Source of the DNA: Methanobacteriota archaeon
Lineage (GTDB): Archaea > Thermoplasmatota > Thermoplasmata > RBG-16-68-12
Length of the DNA: 39,621 bases
Direction: 5' to 3'
NCBI GenBank assembly: GCA_005878915.1
Contig: VBML01000030.1
Location: 1 to 39,621, forward strand
Positions 1 through 8,610 of the stretch are shown one piece after another (the stretch's first letter is position 1; each line of letters starts with the position of its first letter). The position numbers and the translations under genes are program-made. The notes beneath the pieces are model-generated. The model saw only the letters and a program-made list of their open reading frames with translations. It did no database searches and was not told where the DNA came from.

Positions 1-102
1 GAGGGACTGTCGTACAGAAAGAGGATTCTCGCAGGCCCCTTCGAACCCCGGGATTCCCGCGAATCTCGGCAATTCGACGGCATCCTGTTCGAGACCAGCT
101 GA
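1..102 (+). CDS. Possible 3' end of an upstream CDS (partial)
   Basis: Frame 1 is open from base 1 to TGA at 100-102 (EGLSYRKRILAGPFEPRDSRESRQFDGILFETS*). It is on the same strand as the downstream operon and has no diagnostic motif. Confidence 0.3.
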   Translation, partial: EGLSYRKRILAGPFEPRDSRESRQFDGILFETS

Positions 103-129
103 AGGCCCAAGAACTTTCCTGTCCCGCGG

Positions 130-137
130 GATAAATA
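130..137 (+). promoter_or_regulatory. Candidate archaeal TATA box
   Basis: GATAAATA lies about 25 nt upstream of the TTG start at 162, an AT island in GC-rich DNA. Confidence 0.45.
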
Positions 138-161
138 GGAGGGAGGACATGCGCGCTCCCG

Positions 162-1295
162 TTGACTCGCATCCTGTTTCTTGCCGCCGACATTGACCTC
201 TCGCGGAACCGCGGGGACACCCTGCACGCGCGAAATCTCGCACGAGCCCTCGTGCGCGTCGGAAACGAGGTTCACATGGTCGTAGGAGCGAGCCCAAGCG
301 CGGAGCCAATCGATGGGGTGAACGTTTCGGTACGGCCGGATCGCGGGGACGCACGCATCGTACGGTTCCTCCTCAGGAAAGTCCGAGACGTCCGGCCGGA
401 CATCATCTATGAACGTCGATTTTCGCCCAAGCTGGCGTCCGCGCTTTCCGTGCTCACTGGCCTGCCCTTCGCGGTGGAAATCAACGGGATACCGGGCATG
501 GAGGCGGCGATGCAAGGCCGGCCGGGACCTAGCGGGCTTTCCGCTCGCGTGAGGCGAACCGCGCACACTCGCTTCCTGAGGAGCGCCGCCTCCATCGTGG
601 CGGTCACGCCCGGGTTGAGGAACGCTCTGGTCACCGCATACGGAGTCGACCCCTCACGGGCGTTTGTCGTTCCGAACGGAGTCGACGCGGAAATGTTCCG
701 CCCTGAAGACCGGACGGCCGCGCGAAGAGACCTGTCCCTTTCGGACGGGAAGATCGTGTGCTTCGTGGGGAACCTCGTCCGGTGGCAGGGGCTCGACCTG
801 TTCATGGCCGCGATGGAACAAACCCCTGGGTCCCTGTCTGCCGTCTTAGTAGGGGATGGCCCGGATCATGCACGACTGGTGGAGCTCGCGAGGAGCCGAG
901 GTCTCGGTCATCGCGTGCGATTCATGGGAGAAGTTCCCTACTCGACCGTCCCCCGCTATCTTGCGGCAGCCGACGCATGCGTCGCACCGTTCACCGCAGA
1001 ACGAAACCTTCCCTTGGGAGTCTCTGCGCTCAAGGTCCTCGAATATCTTGCGAGTGCCCGCCCGATTGTCGTCACAGCGATCCCCGGAGCACGGGATCTC
1101 GTGGACGAGCTTGGATGCGGGTTGGTCGTGCCGCCGGAAGATCCCGCTGCATTAGGAGAAGCCATGGTCGAAGTCGTGTCGAACGAAGCGTTTGCAGGAG
1201 CAGCGCTCCGGGCGAGCGAAATCGTCCGAGAGAGGTACTCGTGGGACCGAACCGCGCAGATGGTCACCGACATTCTCCGAAGAAGTCTGAATTAG
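162..1295 (+). CDS. Glycosyltransferase family 4 (GT-B)
   Basis: Motifs VVPNGVD, FVGNL...QG, LVGDGP and GVSALKVLEYLASARP; C-terminal YSWD; 377 aa. Confidence 0.9.
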   Translation: MTRILFLAADIDLSRNRGDTLHARNLARALVRVGNEVHMVVGASPSAEPIDGVNVSVRPDRGDARIVRFLLRKVRDVRPDIIYERRFSPKLASALSVLTGLPFAVEINGIPGMEAAMQGRPGPSGLSARVRRTAHTRFLRSAASIVAVTPGLRNALVTAYGVDPSRAFVVPNGVDAEMFRPEDRTAARRDLSLSDGKIVCFVGNLVRWQGLDLFMAAMEQTPGSLSAVLVGDGPDHARLVELARSRGLGHRVRFMGEVPYSTVPRYLAAADACVAPFTAERNLPLGVSALKVLEYLASARPIVVTAIPGARDLVDELGCGLVVPPEDPAALGEAMVEVVSNEAFAGAALRASEIVRERYSWDRTAQMVTDILRRSLN

Positions 1296-1360
1296 CCCGC
1301 TGGGGTCGTCATCCCGAGCGGGATAAGGCCTATCTAGCGGTGGGGTGTTCGCGCGCCTAG

Positions 1361-2440
1361 TTGGTGGTCCCTGCGGCAACGAGACGAATCATGGTGACGG
1401 GCGCTGGGGGATCCGCCGGGATCAATTTCATCGACTCAGTACGAGTGTCGAGTCGACCGTACTACATCGTCGGCGTCGATGTGAATCGCTGGCACCTGGA
1501 GCTCCCCAAGGTCGATGCCGCCTATGTGGTACCGAAGGCCGCGGAAGAACGCTACATCCCGTCGCTCCGAAAGGTGATTCGAAAGGAGAAGATCGAGTTC
1601 GTCCACCCCCAGCCCGATGTCGAGGTAGAAACGATTTCGGAACACCGAGACGAACTCGGAGCGCGGACGTTCCTGCCGTCGAAGGAGACGGTGCGCGTCT
1701 GCCGGGACAAAATGGCCACGAACGCGAAACTCCGGTCTGGCCACGTGCCCGTCCCGGAATCGTACTTGGTCGAACGCCTGCCGGACCTGCCGAGAATTCT
1801 CGGGCGGCTCCGCAAGGGGAACAACCCCGTATGGCTGCGGGCGGTTCGCGGCGCGGGCTCGAGGGCCGCTCTCCCGGTGATGACTGCCCGGCAGGCCCGT
1901 GAATGGATCCACTATTGGCAGACGATGCGAGCCCTCGAGTCTCGCGATTTCATGATGGCCGAATTCCTCCCGGGCCGGGAGTACGCATTCCAGAGCCTTT
2001 GGCGGGACGGCGACTTGATCACGTCCGCGTGCCGGATGCGGCTCGAGTACCTCATGGGCAATCTCTCGGTCAGCGGTCAATCCTCGTCCCCCTCGGTCGC
2101 GGTCACCGTTCGCAGTGACGCGGTCAACGAGGTGGCCACGAGGGCGGTCCAGACTATCGATCCGCACGCGACGGGCGTGTTCTGTCTCGACATCAAGGAG
2201 GACTCTAGCGGCACACCGTGCATTACGGAAATCAATGCGGGCCGATTCTTCACAACGAGCAACTTCTTCGCGCGGCTTGGCGCGAACATGCCGGATGACC
2301 TGATCCGCCTCGCGTTCGGCGAGAAGCTCCCCAGACGGCGGAGGTACGATGCCGTCCCGCCGAACTGCTACTGGATCCGCTTGATGGACGCAGGGCCCGT
2401 CCTGGTGCGTGGTGAGCGGTGGCGGGGTTCAGAAGCCTGA
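1361..2440 (+). CDS. ATP-grasp domain protein (CarB-like family)
   Basis: N-terminal VTGAGG, then DKM, GAGSR loop, EFLPGREY, LDIKED and the ITEINAGRF ATP-grasp signature. Start is 1361 (TTG) or 1391 (ATG). Confidence 0.85.
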   Translation: MVVPAATRRIMVTGAGGSAGINFIDSVRVSSRPYYIVGVDVNRWHLELPKVDAAYVVPKAAEERYIPSLRKVIRKEKIEFVHPQPDVEVETISEHRDELGARTFLPSKETVRVCRDKMATNAKLRSGHVPVPESYLVERLPDLPRILGRLRKGNNPVWLRAVRGAGSRAALPVMTARQAREWIHYWQTMRALESRDFMMAEFLPGREYAFQSLWRDGDLITSACRMRLEYLMGNLSVSGQSSSPSVAVTVRSDAVNEVATRAVQTIDPHATGVFCLDIKEDSSGTPCITEINAGRFFTTSNFFARLGANMPDDLIRLAFGEKLPRRRRYDAVPPNCYWIRLMDAGPVLVRGERWRGSEA

Positions 2441-3063
2441 AAGGGTTGCTCGTCGACTTCGATGGGACCCTCGTCGACCTCCCCACGGACTACGAGGGGA
2501 TGAGGCGGGACCTGCGCGCCGCGTTTGGCGGGTATGGACGGGATCGGCCCTTCCGGCCGCTGCTGGACTCGTTGGCGCAGATCCGTGGCGAACTTCTCCG
2601 CGATGGGGTCCCCCCCGCCGAAGTCAGCACACGGATGTACGTCGCAGAGGGGGTCGTGACGAGATATGAGGAGGAAGCGGCGGGTAACGCTCGCGCCCGA
2701 GGCGGCGCGGGTGCGTTTCTCGAGGAGGTCAAGAAGCGGAGCCTGGGTGTGGCGATTGTCACGAACAACGGGCGCAGCGCCGTCGACAAAGCCTTTCAGT
2801 TGCTCCAGCTCCCGCGCCCGGACTTCATCGTCGCCCGCGGGGAAGCCGAGAGGTTCAAGCCGATGCCCGAACCCGCAATCAAAGCACTCGCCTTGCTGCG
2901 CATGGAGCCTCGCGACGTTCTCCTCGTCGGAGACGACGAGCGTGACTACGCAATGGGCCTAGCGGCGGGAATCGAGACCGTGCTCGTCGGGGGAAGGGTG
3001 CCGGGAGCGACCCGCGTTGCGACGTTGCTGGATGTCATCGGTCTCCTGGGGCCCTCGCCATGA
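2419..3063 (+). CDS. HAD-superfamily hydrolase (phosphoglycolate phosphatase-like)
   Basis: Motif I VDFDGTLVD, motif II VTNN, motif III KP, motif IV VGDDERD. Overlaps the upstream stop. Confidence 0.9.
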   Translation: MAGFRSLKGLLVDFDGTLVDLPTDYEGMRRDLRAAFGGYGRDRPFRPLLDSLAQIRGELLRDGVPPAEVSTRMYVAEGVVTRYEEEAAGNARARGGAGAFLEEVKKRSLGVAIVTNNGRSAVDKAFQLLQLPRPDFIVARGEAERFKPMPEPAIKALALLRMEPRDVLLVGDDERDYAMGLAAGIETVLVGGRVPGATRVATLLDVIGLLGPSP

Positions 3064-3812
3064 TTGCCCGGACGAACAAGGGCCTTCGGGAGTACTACGA
3101 CCAGAAGGCCCTGCGGCTGAACGAGCTCGCCGCGACGTACGAGCATCCGAACTGGTACAAGCGCTTCTTCTACCAGAGACGGTTCCGCGTCGTCTTTGAT
3201 TCCCTCGACCCGCGGTCGAATGAACGAATCCTTGATCTCGGTGCGGGTCCGGGATACTACTCGCACCGCATCGCGGAGCGCGGCGCGACTCCCGTGGCCA
3301 CGGACATCGCGAGAAACTACCTCGTTCAGATCCCGAGCTCGGTGACGCACCGCGTGTCGGCGAGCGCGGAATCCCTCCCGTTCCAGCGAGGGGCTTTCGA
3401 CAAGGTCCTCGCGACGGAGATCCTCGAACACACGCTCAACCCTGAGGCGGTGCTCTCCGAGATCGCCCGGGTGTTGAAACCTGGAGGGCGGGCCGTCATC
3501 ACATCCCCCAGCAGCACGTCGTACATGGACCGACTGTACGAGCTGAAGGCCGCGGTTCATCGATACGAATTCACCGAACACCTGCAGGAGTTTCAGCGGG
3601 CGACGTTCGTCGCCCTGCTGAGTCGCTTCTTTCGGGTCAAGCAGATGCGCTTCGCCAACTGCCTCGTCCCCTATCCGCTCGATTTTCTCGTCATGAGAAT
3701 CCCGGGGCGAATCGGGGTCCCCATGGTCACCCGAATCGAAGAGTCCCTCGCAGAGGGCCGCGGGGGCCCGCGCTTCGGCTGGACCATGGTTGGTGTCGTC
3801 GAGGGGGCTTAG
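3060..3812 (+). CDS. Class I SAM-dependent methyltransferase
   Basis: Motifs ILDLGAGPG, AESLPF...FD, EILEH and RVLKPGG. ATGA overlap with the HAD gene. Confidence 0.9.
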   Translation: MIARTNKGLREYYDQKALRLNELAATYEHPNWYKRFFYQRRFRVVFDSLDPRSNERILDLGAGPGYYSHRIAERGATPVATDIARNYLVQIPSSVTHRVSASAESLPFQRGAFDKVLATEILEHTLNPEAVLSEIARVLKPGGRAVITSPSSTSYMDRLYELKAAVHRYEFTEHLQEFQRATFVALLSRFFRVKQMRFANCLVPYPLDFLVMRIPGRIGVPMVTRIEESLAEGRGGPRFGWTMVGVVEGA

Positions 3813-4996
3813 GTCGCGGGTCCGCCAACGGCCGAATACACACTTCGGTACGCCTGCGCGACCTCTCGGATGGAAAACGTGTCTTCTGCGAGCTTCCGCG
3901 ATGCGCGTCCGAGGCTCTCCAGGATCGACCTCTCGCGGAGTTTGGATAGAGCCTGGAAGAAGGTCGCGGGGTCCGATGCGTCCACAATGGGGGACACATC
4001 GACCGGGAGCTCCGCCGATCGGGCCCCGTCCCCGGCGAGCCGGATCACGACGCGGCCACAGGCGAGCGCTTCGAGTGAGGTTCGCGGCGCGCCGAAGCTC
4101 CACGGGTCAAGAAACAGGTGGACAGAACCGTAGAACTCGGGCATCTGCGCGTTCGGCAAGTTCCACGATAATGTGGCCCGCGTGCGCCCGGCCTCGGCAC
4201 CGGCATTGCGAATCTGATCCTCCGTCGCGGCGAGGGCGAGGCGAAACTCCACCCAGTCGGGCGCTTCCGCGGCAAGACGCAGGACGCGGTCGGTGCCCAA
4301 CCTCTCGTAGCGCCCCGCATATCCGACGATCAGGCGGTCGGTCGAGGGCAGGGGGGCGGGGCGGAACCGTTCCGTGTCCACCGGGTTGGGGATCCACCAT
4401 GCTCGGACGCGGAGACCCCGCTCGCGCGCCAAGGCGTCGACGTTCGCTTTCCCGCTCCGTTCCACACACACGACGTTCGTCAGTCGCTCGAGGAGGAGGT
4501 CGTTTCGAATCGAGTCAAACTGCTCCCGAGATCCCCCGAACAGCGAATGGTCCGTGAAGAGGAGGGGATGTCCGTACCCGTCGAAGAAGCGAAGCCAATC
4601 TACCAATGACTGGCTCAAGCGCGACGGATGTCGGGAACGGAAGTTTGCGAAGTACCGGAACGCCGCGAAGCTGTGAAGGTGCACAAGATCCCCTTCCATG
4701 GCCGACGCGACCTCCCGCCGATACCACTCGTCGACCAACCACGAGGCAAGGGCAACGTACTTGCGCTTCCCCGGCGGGACAACCGCCGAGACAACGCGGC
4801 GGACCGCGTTCCCAGCACCAATCGTCCGGAGGGTGACGTTGCTCCCCCATTTCCTATCCCCTCCTCTCGCGTGTGCGGGAGAGATCAACGTGACTTGAAC
4901 ATCCGGCATCGCATCGATGAGCGTGGCGAGCGCAGTTTCAATCCCCCCGAGCCCGGGGGGTGCCACATCCGTCACATGGAGCACGCGCCGAACCAT
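3809..4996 (-). CDS. Glycosyltransferase family 4 (divergent)
   Basis: Motifs PPGLGGIE, WIPNPVDTERF, GYAGR and SLEALACG. 4-bp convergent overlap with the methyltransferase. Confidence 0.8.
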   Translation of the reverse strand: MVRRVLHVTDVAPPGLGGIETALATLIDAMPDVQVTLISPAHARGGDRKWGSNVTLRTIGAGNAVRRVVSAVVPPGKRKYVALASWLVDEWYRREVASAMEGDLVHLHSFAAFRYFANFRSRHPSRLSQSLVDWLRFFDGYGHPLLFTDHSLFGGSREQFDSIRNDLLLERLTNVVCVERSGKANVDALARERGLRVRAWWIPNPVDTERFRPAPLPSTDRLIVGYAGRYERLGTDRVLRLAAEAPDWVEFRLALAATEDQIRNAGAEAGRTRATLSWNLPNAQMPEFYGSVHLFLDPWSFGAPRTSLEALACGRVVIRLAGDGARSAELPVDVSPIVDASDPATFFQALSKLRERSILESLGRASRKLAEDTFSIREVAQAYRSVYSAVGGPAT

Positions 4997-5171
4997 TTCC
5001 TGCCGGAGCGCAGGAACCCTCCGACCCTATCAACGTTCGGCTGACGTTCTCACCGGTGTCGCCGGTTCGACAAGAAGGAGCGCCGCCACCGTCGGCGTGT
5101 TCGCCGTTTTGAGCACCGTACCTATGAATTCAAATACACATGCTGCCACTAAATGACACGGGATTCGAATC

Positions 5172-5450
5172 GTGATCAAATACACGTGGCTGAAGATCCT
5201 CGACACGCTCAAGAAGCACACCTCACGGACAACGGTGGGCGACCTACGGAGGGAACTCGACGCCCGCGGGTTCCGCATGGGGGCCGACGAGTTCGCGGAC
5301 GACCTCGTGAAGCTCCGAGAGCTCGGCCTTGTCGAGTCCGATATCCTCGTCACCACAGACGCCGTTGCGGCGACATCCTTCGACGACTACTCCTCCGTGG
5401 GGATCACCGCGGCTGGGCTGCGGAAGGTCACGTCGATCGTGAAGATCTAG
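5172..5450 (+). CDS. Small winged-helix-like hypothetical protein
   Basis: 92 aa; LVKLRELGLVES and ITAAGLRK patterns typical of wHTH proteins; AT-rich promoter-like region at about 5121-5155. Confidence 0.6.
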   Translation: MIKYTWLKILDTLKKHTSRTTVGDLRRELDARGFRMGADEFADDLVKLRELGLVESDILVTTDAVAATSFDDYSSVGITAAGLRKVTSIVKI

Positions 5451-5459
5451 CGCGCGTAA

Positions 5460-6683
5460 TCATGGAAGAGCGGCACTGCCCCCGCCCGTTGCGCTGACCT
5501 TCATCGGCCGGTGACACCTCGCGCACTCCTCTACCGTCGCAGCGCAGGCCACGTGGTAGAACTTCCCGCACTCGCAGCGGTACCCGGGAAGGGCGGGCGT
5601 GAGCGCATCCTCGCAGATGCCGCAGAGGACCCCGCGCTTCCGGGGTGCCGGCGTTTCCGTGACCGTGACCGCTCTCGTACCCGATACCGACGGCGGCTTG
5701 ACGATAAAGCGGAAGGCGAGGCCCCAGAACAGGGCGATCCACGCGAGGAAGATCAGCCATCCCAGGTTCGAGTGAGCAACGGCGAGGTTCTGGACAGCCT
5801 CCTGCTGGGTGTCGCTATACGCCCCGACCAGGACGATCAGCACCATACGGAGGATGTTCGCGACGTAGCTCGTGACGAACCCAAGGGCGAGGAGCGCGAG
5901 GGCCCGCGGCTCGAATCGCTCGTACTCCGTGAGGACGAACGCGACGAACGCGCTCGCGAAGATACCGAAACTGTAGATTCCGGAGCACGCGGTCGTGATC
6001 ACGACCGTGATCGGCAAGCCCGCCTTCGTGACGAACGTGAGCCCGGGAGCAGTCGAGAGGGGGACCGGGTGAACGTTCGCAGACACTCCAAGGACGTTCA
6101 GGACCCAGGAGGTCTGGGGGGCGAGGGCCGTCCAGGAGTAGATGTCCACGCTCCTTTCGAAATCTTGGTAGTACAGGCGCGCGACGAGGAGCGGAACGAC
6201 GAGGACGAGAATCAGGGCTGCCATAAACATCAGGACGAAGTCCCTCTCCCGTGAAAACCGCGGGGGGACGAACGGGTACGCGAACAATGCCGCGGCGAAC
6301 AACAGGACGGACGTGTCCTCCGTGCCCAGGGAGATGCGATCGAACACCAGCTGGTTGTACGCGAGGTCGACGGCGATCCCCGCAATCGCGAACGCAGGGA
6401 ACCAGCGGACGATTTTCCCCCGTAGGGTCACGAAATTCAGGAACCTCGAGGCTAGGGTACGCGCGTCCCTCGGAGCCGGGGCTCCGGCGGACTTTCGGAA
6501 CAAGATGGCGAGGACCGCCAGACCGGCGGCGACAAGCGGAATCCCCAGGAACTCGACGTCTTGACCCTTCGGCGGGTTCAGGAGGAGATCGACTCCGGCG
6601 ACGACGAGCAGAAACGCGAAAAGGAGGGAGACCCGTGCGTGTCGTCTCAGAACGGTCTCGAAACGGGCGAGGTCGAATCGCAC
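5460..6683 (-). CDS. Exosortase/archaeosortase family protein (ArtC-like) with C-terminal C4HC3 zinc finger
   Basis: Multi-pass membrane protein with catalytic triad motifs TTACSG (Cys), ANILRM (Arg) and AHSNLGW (His). Tail CGIC-x12-CEC-x4-H-x2-C-x6-CARC. Confidence 0.88.
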   Translation of the reverse strand: MRFDLARFETVLRRHARVSLLFAFLLVVAGVDLLLNPPKGQDVEFLGIPLVAAGLAVLAILFRKSAGAPAPRDARTLASRFLNFVTLRGKIVRWFPAFAIAGIAVDLAYNQLVFDRISLGTEDTSVLLFAAALFAYPFVPPRFSRERDFVLMFMAALILVLVVPLLVARLYYQDFERSVDIYSWTALAPQTSWVLNVLGVSANVHPVPLSTAPGLTFVTKAGLPITVVITTACSGIYSFGIFASAFVAFVLTEYERFEPRALALLALGFVTSYVANILRMVLIVLVGAYSDTQQEAVQNLAVAHSNLGWLIFLAWIALFWGLAFRFIVKPPSVSGTRAVTVTETPAPRKRGVLCGICEDALTPALPGYRCECGKFYHVACAATVEECARCHRPMKVSATGGGSAALP

Positions 6684-6707
6684 GGACCGTCACCACGGGC
6701 GCTTAGC

Positions 6708-6714
6708 GTATAAG
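6708..6714 (-). promoter_or_regulatory. Archaeal TATA box of the archaeosortase gene
   Basis: Minus-strand CTTATAC about 25 nt upstream of the GTG start at 6683, consistent with a leaderless transcript. Confidence 0.6.
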
Positions 6715-6752
6715 AGGGTTTTCCCCCGGCTATCGCCAAGGTGGTGGACGTC

Positions 6753-6926
6753 TCATCCTGTTGGTGGCCCTGAGGCACCGCGCCCTGAGTCCGGGACAAT
6801 CCTTGGCATCTTCGAGGCCGGACACCCGCACGTCCGATCGACGAGCAGGGTCTCGAGGCTCTGGTCGTCATAGACGACGCTGACCGGTTTCCCGCACGTC
6901 GTGCAGCGGGACCTCAGTAGCCCCAT
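6753..6926 (-). CDS. Small Cys-rich (zinc-ribbon-like) protein, 57 aa, not in the ORF track
   Basis: Hand translation: MGLLRSRCTTCGKPVSVVYDDQSLETLLVDRTCGCPASKMPRIVPDSGRGASGPPTG*. CxxCG plus CxC; minus-strand CTTTTAC about 25 nt upstream of the ATG. Confidence 0.6.
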   Translation of the reverse strand: MGLLRSRCTTCGKPVSVVYDDQSLETLLVDRTCGCPASKMPRIVPDSGRGASGPPTG

Positions 6927-7074
6927 CGATCAATACCAAGCGATAGGCGGGTAAAAGAACCCTCGGCGCCGATTCTCCGATTCGATACGGAGAAAGGAAA
7001 CGACCGAGTCGTCCAATGCGCCCTTGCTGGTGTCTTGGGCTCTCGAAGCCACGGAGCGGACTGTCCAAGCCGCG

Positions 7075-7614
7075 TTACTTCCAGCGACGGACGACGTCCT
7101 CCGCGGCGGTGATCTCACCCAGGTAGTTCGTCTTGATGTAGTCGAGCCCGTCTCGGTGGGCCGCCTCCGTAAACGACTCCACCCCGTCCTCTGGGATTAC
7201 GGGGTGATACCCGCGGAAGAACGCGTCGGCACTCGTGTGGCGCGCGCAGATGTTCGTGTGAAGGCCGACGATGACAATGTCTTCGACACGAAGCGAGCGA
7301 AGGAGGGAGTCCAGGGACGTCTCGAAGAACGCGCTGTACGTTCGCTTGTCGAGGATGTAGTCTCCCTTCCGCGCGGGGATCCGCTCAATGATCTCCCCGC
7401 CCTTTGTCCCCTTCATCGAATGCGGGCCCCAGATCTTGAGCTCGAAGTCGGACGGGACGTGGGCATCGTTCACGTAGATTCGAGGGACGTCCGATCGCCG
7501 GGCAGCGTCCGCGAGCCGGCGGATGTTCGGGATGATGCGCTCCGCCCTCGGGCATGCGAGCTTCCCCGTGACGAAGTCGTTCACCATGTCCACGATTACG
7601 AGCGCGTCGTTCAT
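7075..7614 (-). CDS. Isochorismatase-family cysteine hydrolase (nicotinamidase-like)
   Basis: ALVIVDMVNDF (Asp), KRTYSAF (Lys) and GLHTNIC (Cys) triad; NDAH and GPH metal ligands. ATG at 7614 preferred to TTG at 7629. Confidence 0.9.
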   Translation of the reverse strand: MNDALVIVDMVNDFVTGKLACPRAERIIPNIRRLADAARRSDVPRIYVNDAHVPSDFELKIWGPHSMKGTKGGEIIERIPARKGDYILDKRTYSAFFETSLDSLLRSLRVEDIVIVGLHTNICARHTSADAFFRGYHPVIPEDGVESFTEAAHRDGLDYIKTNYLGEITAAEDVVRRWK

Positions 7615-7647
7615 CGGGGCTGCCCGCAACGGCTAGGAGCCGAGAAG

Positions 7648-7694
7648 AATTAAAGTTGCGGCCACGCGCGCGGCTGCGGCGGGACGGTTTATAT
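7648..7694. promoter_or_regulatory. Divergent archaeal promoters (isochorismatase and prs)
   Basis: Minus-strand CTTTAATT (7648-7655) and plus-strand TTTATAT (7688-7694), each about 30-35 nt from its start codon. Confidence 0.6.
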
Positions 7695-7725
7695 CCGGCG
7701 GGGCCTTCCGGACGACGGTGGCGCG

Positions 7726-8595
7726 TTGAAGGTCGTCGCGGGGTCGGCAAGCGTAGGGCTCGCTCGGGAACTTGCGAAGACCACTGGAGCAGACTTCGTT
7801 GACGTCGCGTACGAGAAGCACGCGGGCGGGTTCCCGGACGGGGAGAGGTACGTCCGGGTGATGGATGCGCTCGAGGGCGAATCCGTGTCGGTCGTCGCTT
7901 CGACCCATCCGGACCCGATGATCGTGGAGCTTCTTCTGCTCCTCGACGCGGTGCGGGATCTGCGCCCCCGCCGCGTGACCCTCGTGATTCCGTACTTCGG
8001 ATATGGCCGGCAGGACAGGCGCTTCGAATCCGGCGAAGCGGTCTCGGCGAAGGCCCTCGCGAGGCACCTCTCCGAGGGAGTGGACGAGGTCCTGACAATG
8101 GGACTGCACAGCCCCGACATCCTGAAGTTCTTCGAGGTGCCCGCGCGCGAGGTCAGCGGCATGCCCGCGGTCGGCAGGTTCCTGAAGACCCGGGAGATCG
8201 ACCTGGTGCTCGCGCCCGACAGGGGAGCCGTCCGCCACGCAAAAGAGGTCGCCTCCGCCTCCGGGAAGCCATGGGATGCGCTCGAAAAGACGCGCATCGA
8301 CTCATACACCGTGAGGTTCGAGCCGAAGCGATTGGACGTGCGTGGGCGCCGGGTCGCAATCATTGACGACGTCATCTCCACGGGCGGGACCGTCGCGCTC
8401 GCAGCGAAGGAACTCCAGGCCCAGGGGGCGAAGCACGTCCTCGTCGCCACCCTGCATGGGCTCTTCGTGGGGAACGCGTGGGACAAGCTCGCCGTCTGCG
8501 ACGAGGTCGCGAGTTCGGACACGGTTCCCTCGCGGGCGACGAAGTTCTCCGTAGCTCCTGAGCTTGCGGCGGGGATCAAGGCCGCCCGCCCATAG
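7726..8595 (+). CDS. prs: Ribose-phosphate pyrophosphokinase (archaeal type)
   Basis: Motifs FPDGERYVR, IPYFGYGRQD, APDRGA and the PRPP-binding IIDDVISTGGT. Confidence 0.95.
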   Translation: MKVVAGSASVGLARELAKTTGADFVDVAYEKHAGGFPDGERYVRVMDALEGESVSVVASTHPDPMIVELLLLLDAVRDLRPRRVTLVIPYFGYGRQDRRFESGEAVSAKALARHLSEGVDEVLTMGLHSPDILKFFEVPAREVSGMPAVGRFLKTREIDLVLAPDRGAVRHAKEVASASGKPWDALEKTRIDSYTVRFEPKRLDVRGRRVAIIDDVISTGGTVALAAKELQAQGAKHVLVATLHGLFVGNAWDKLAVCDEVASSDTVPSRATKFSVAPELAAGIKAARP

Positions 8596-8610
8596 CGGTG
8601 CCTCCGGTCT

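Noticed and set aside
6868-7118. ORFs 6868-7068, 6930-7118 and 6647-6871 (-)
   Set aside because: No motifs; the 57-aa ORF at 6753-6926 has better start, promoter and Cys-pattern support.
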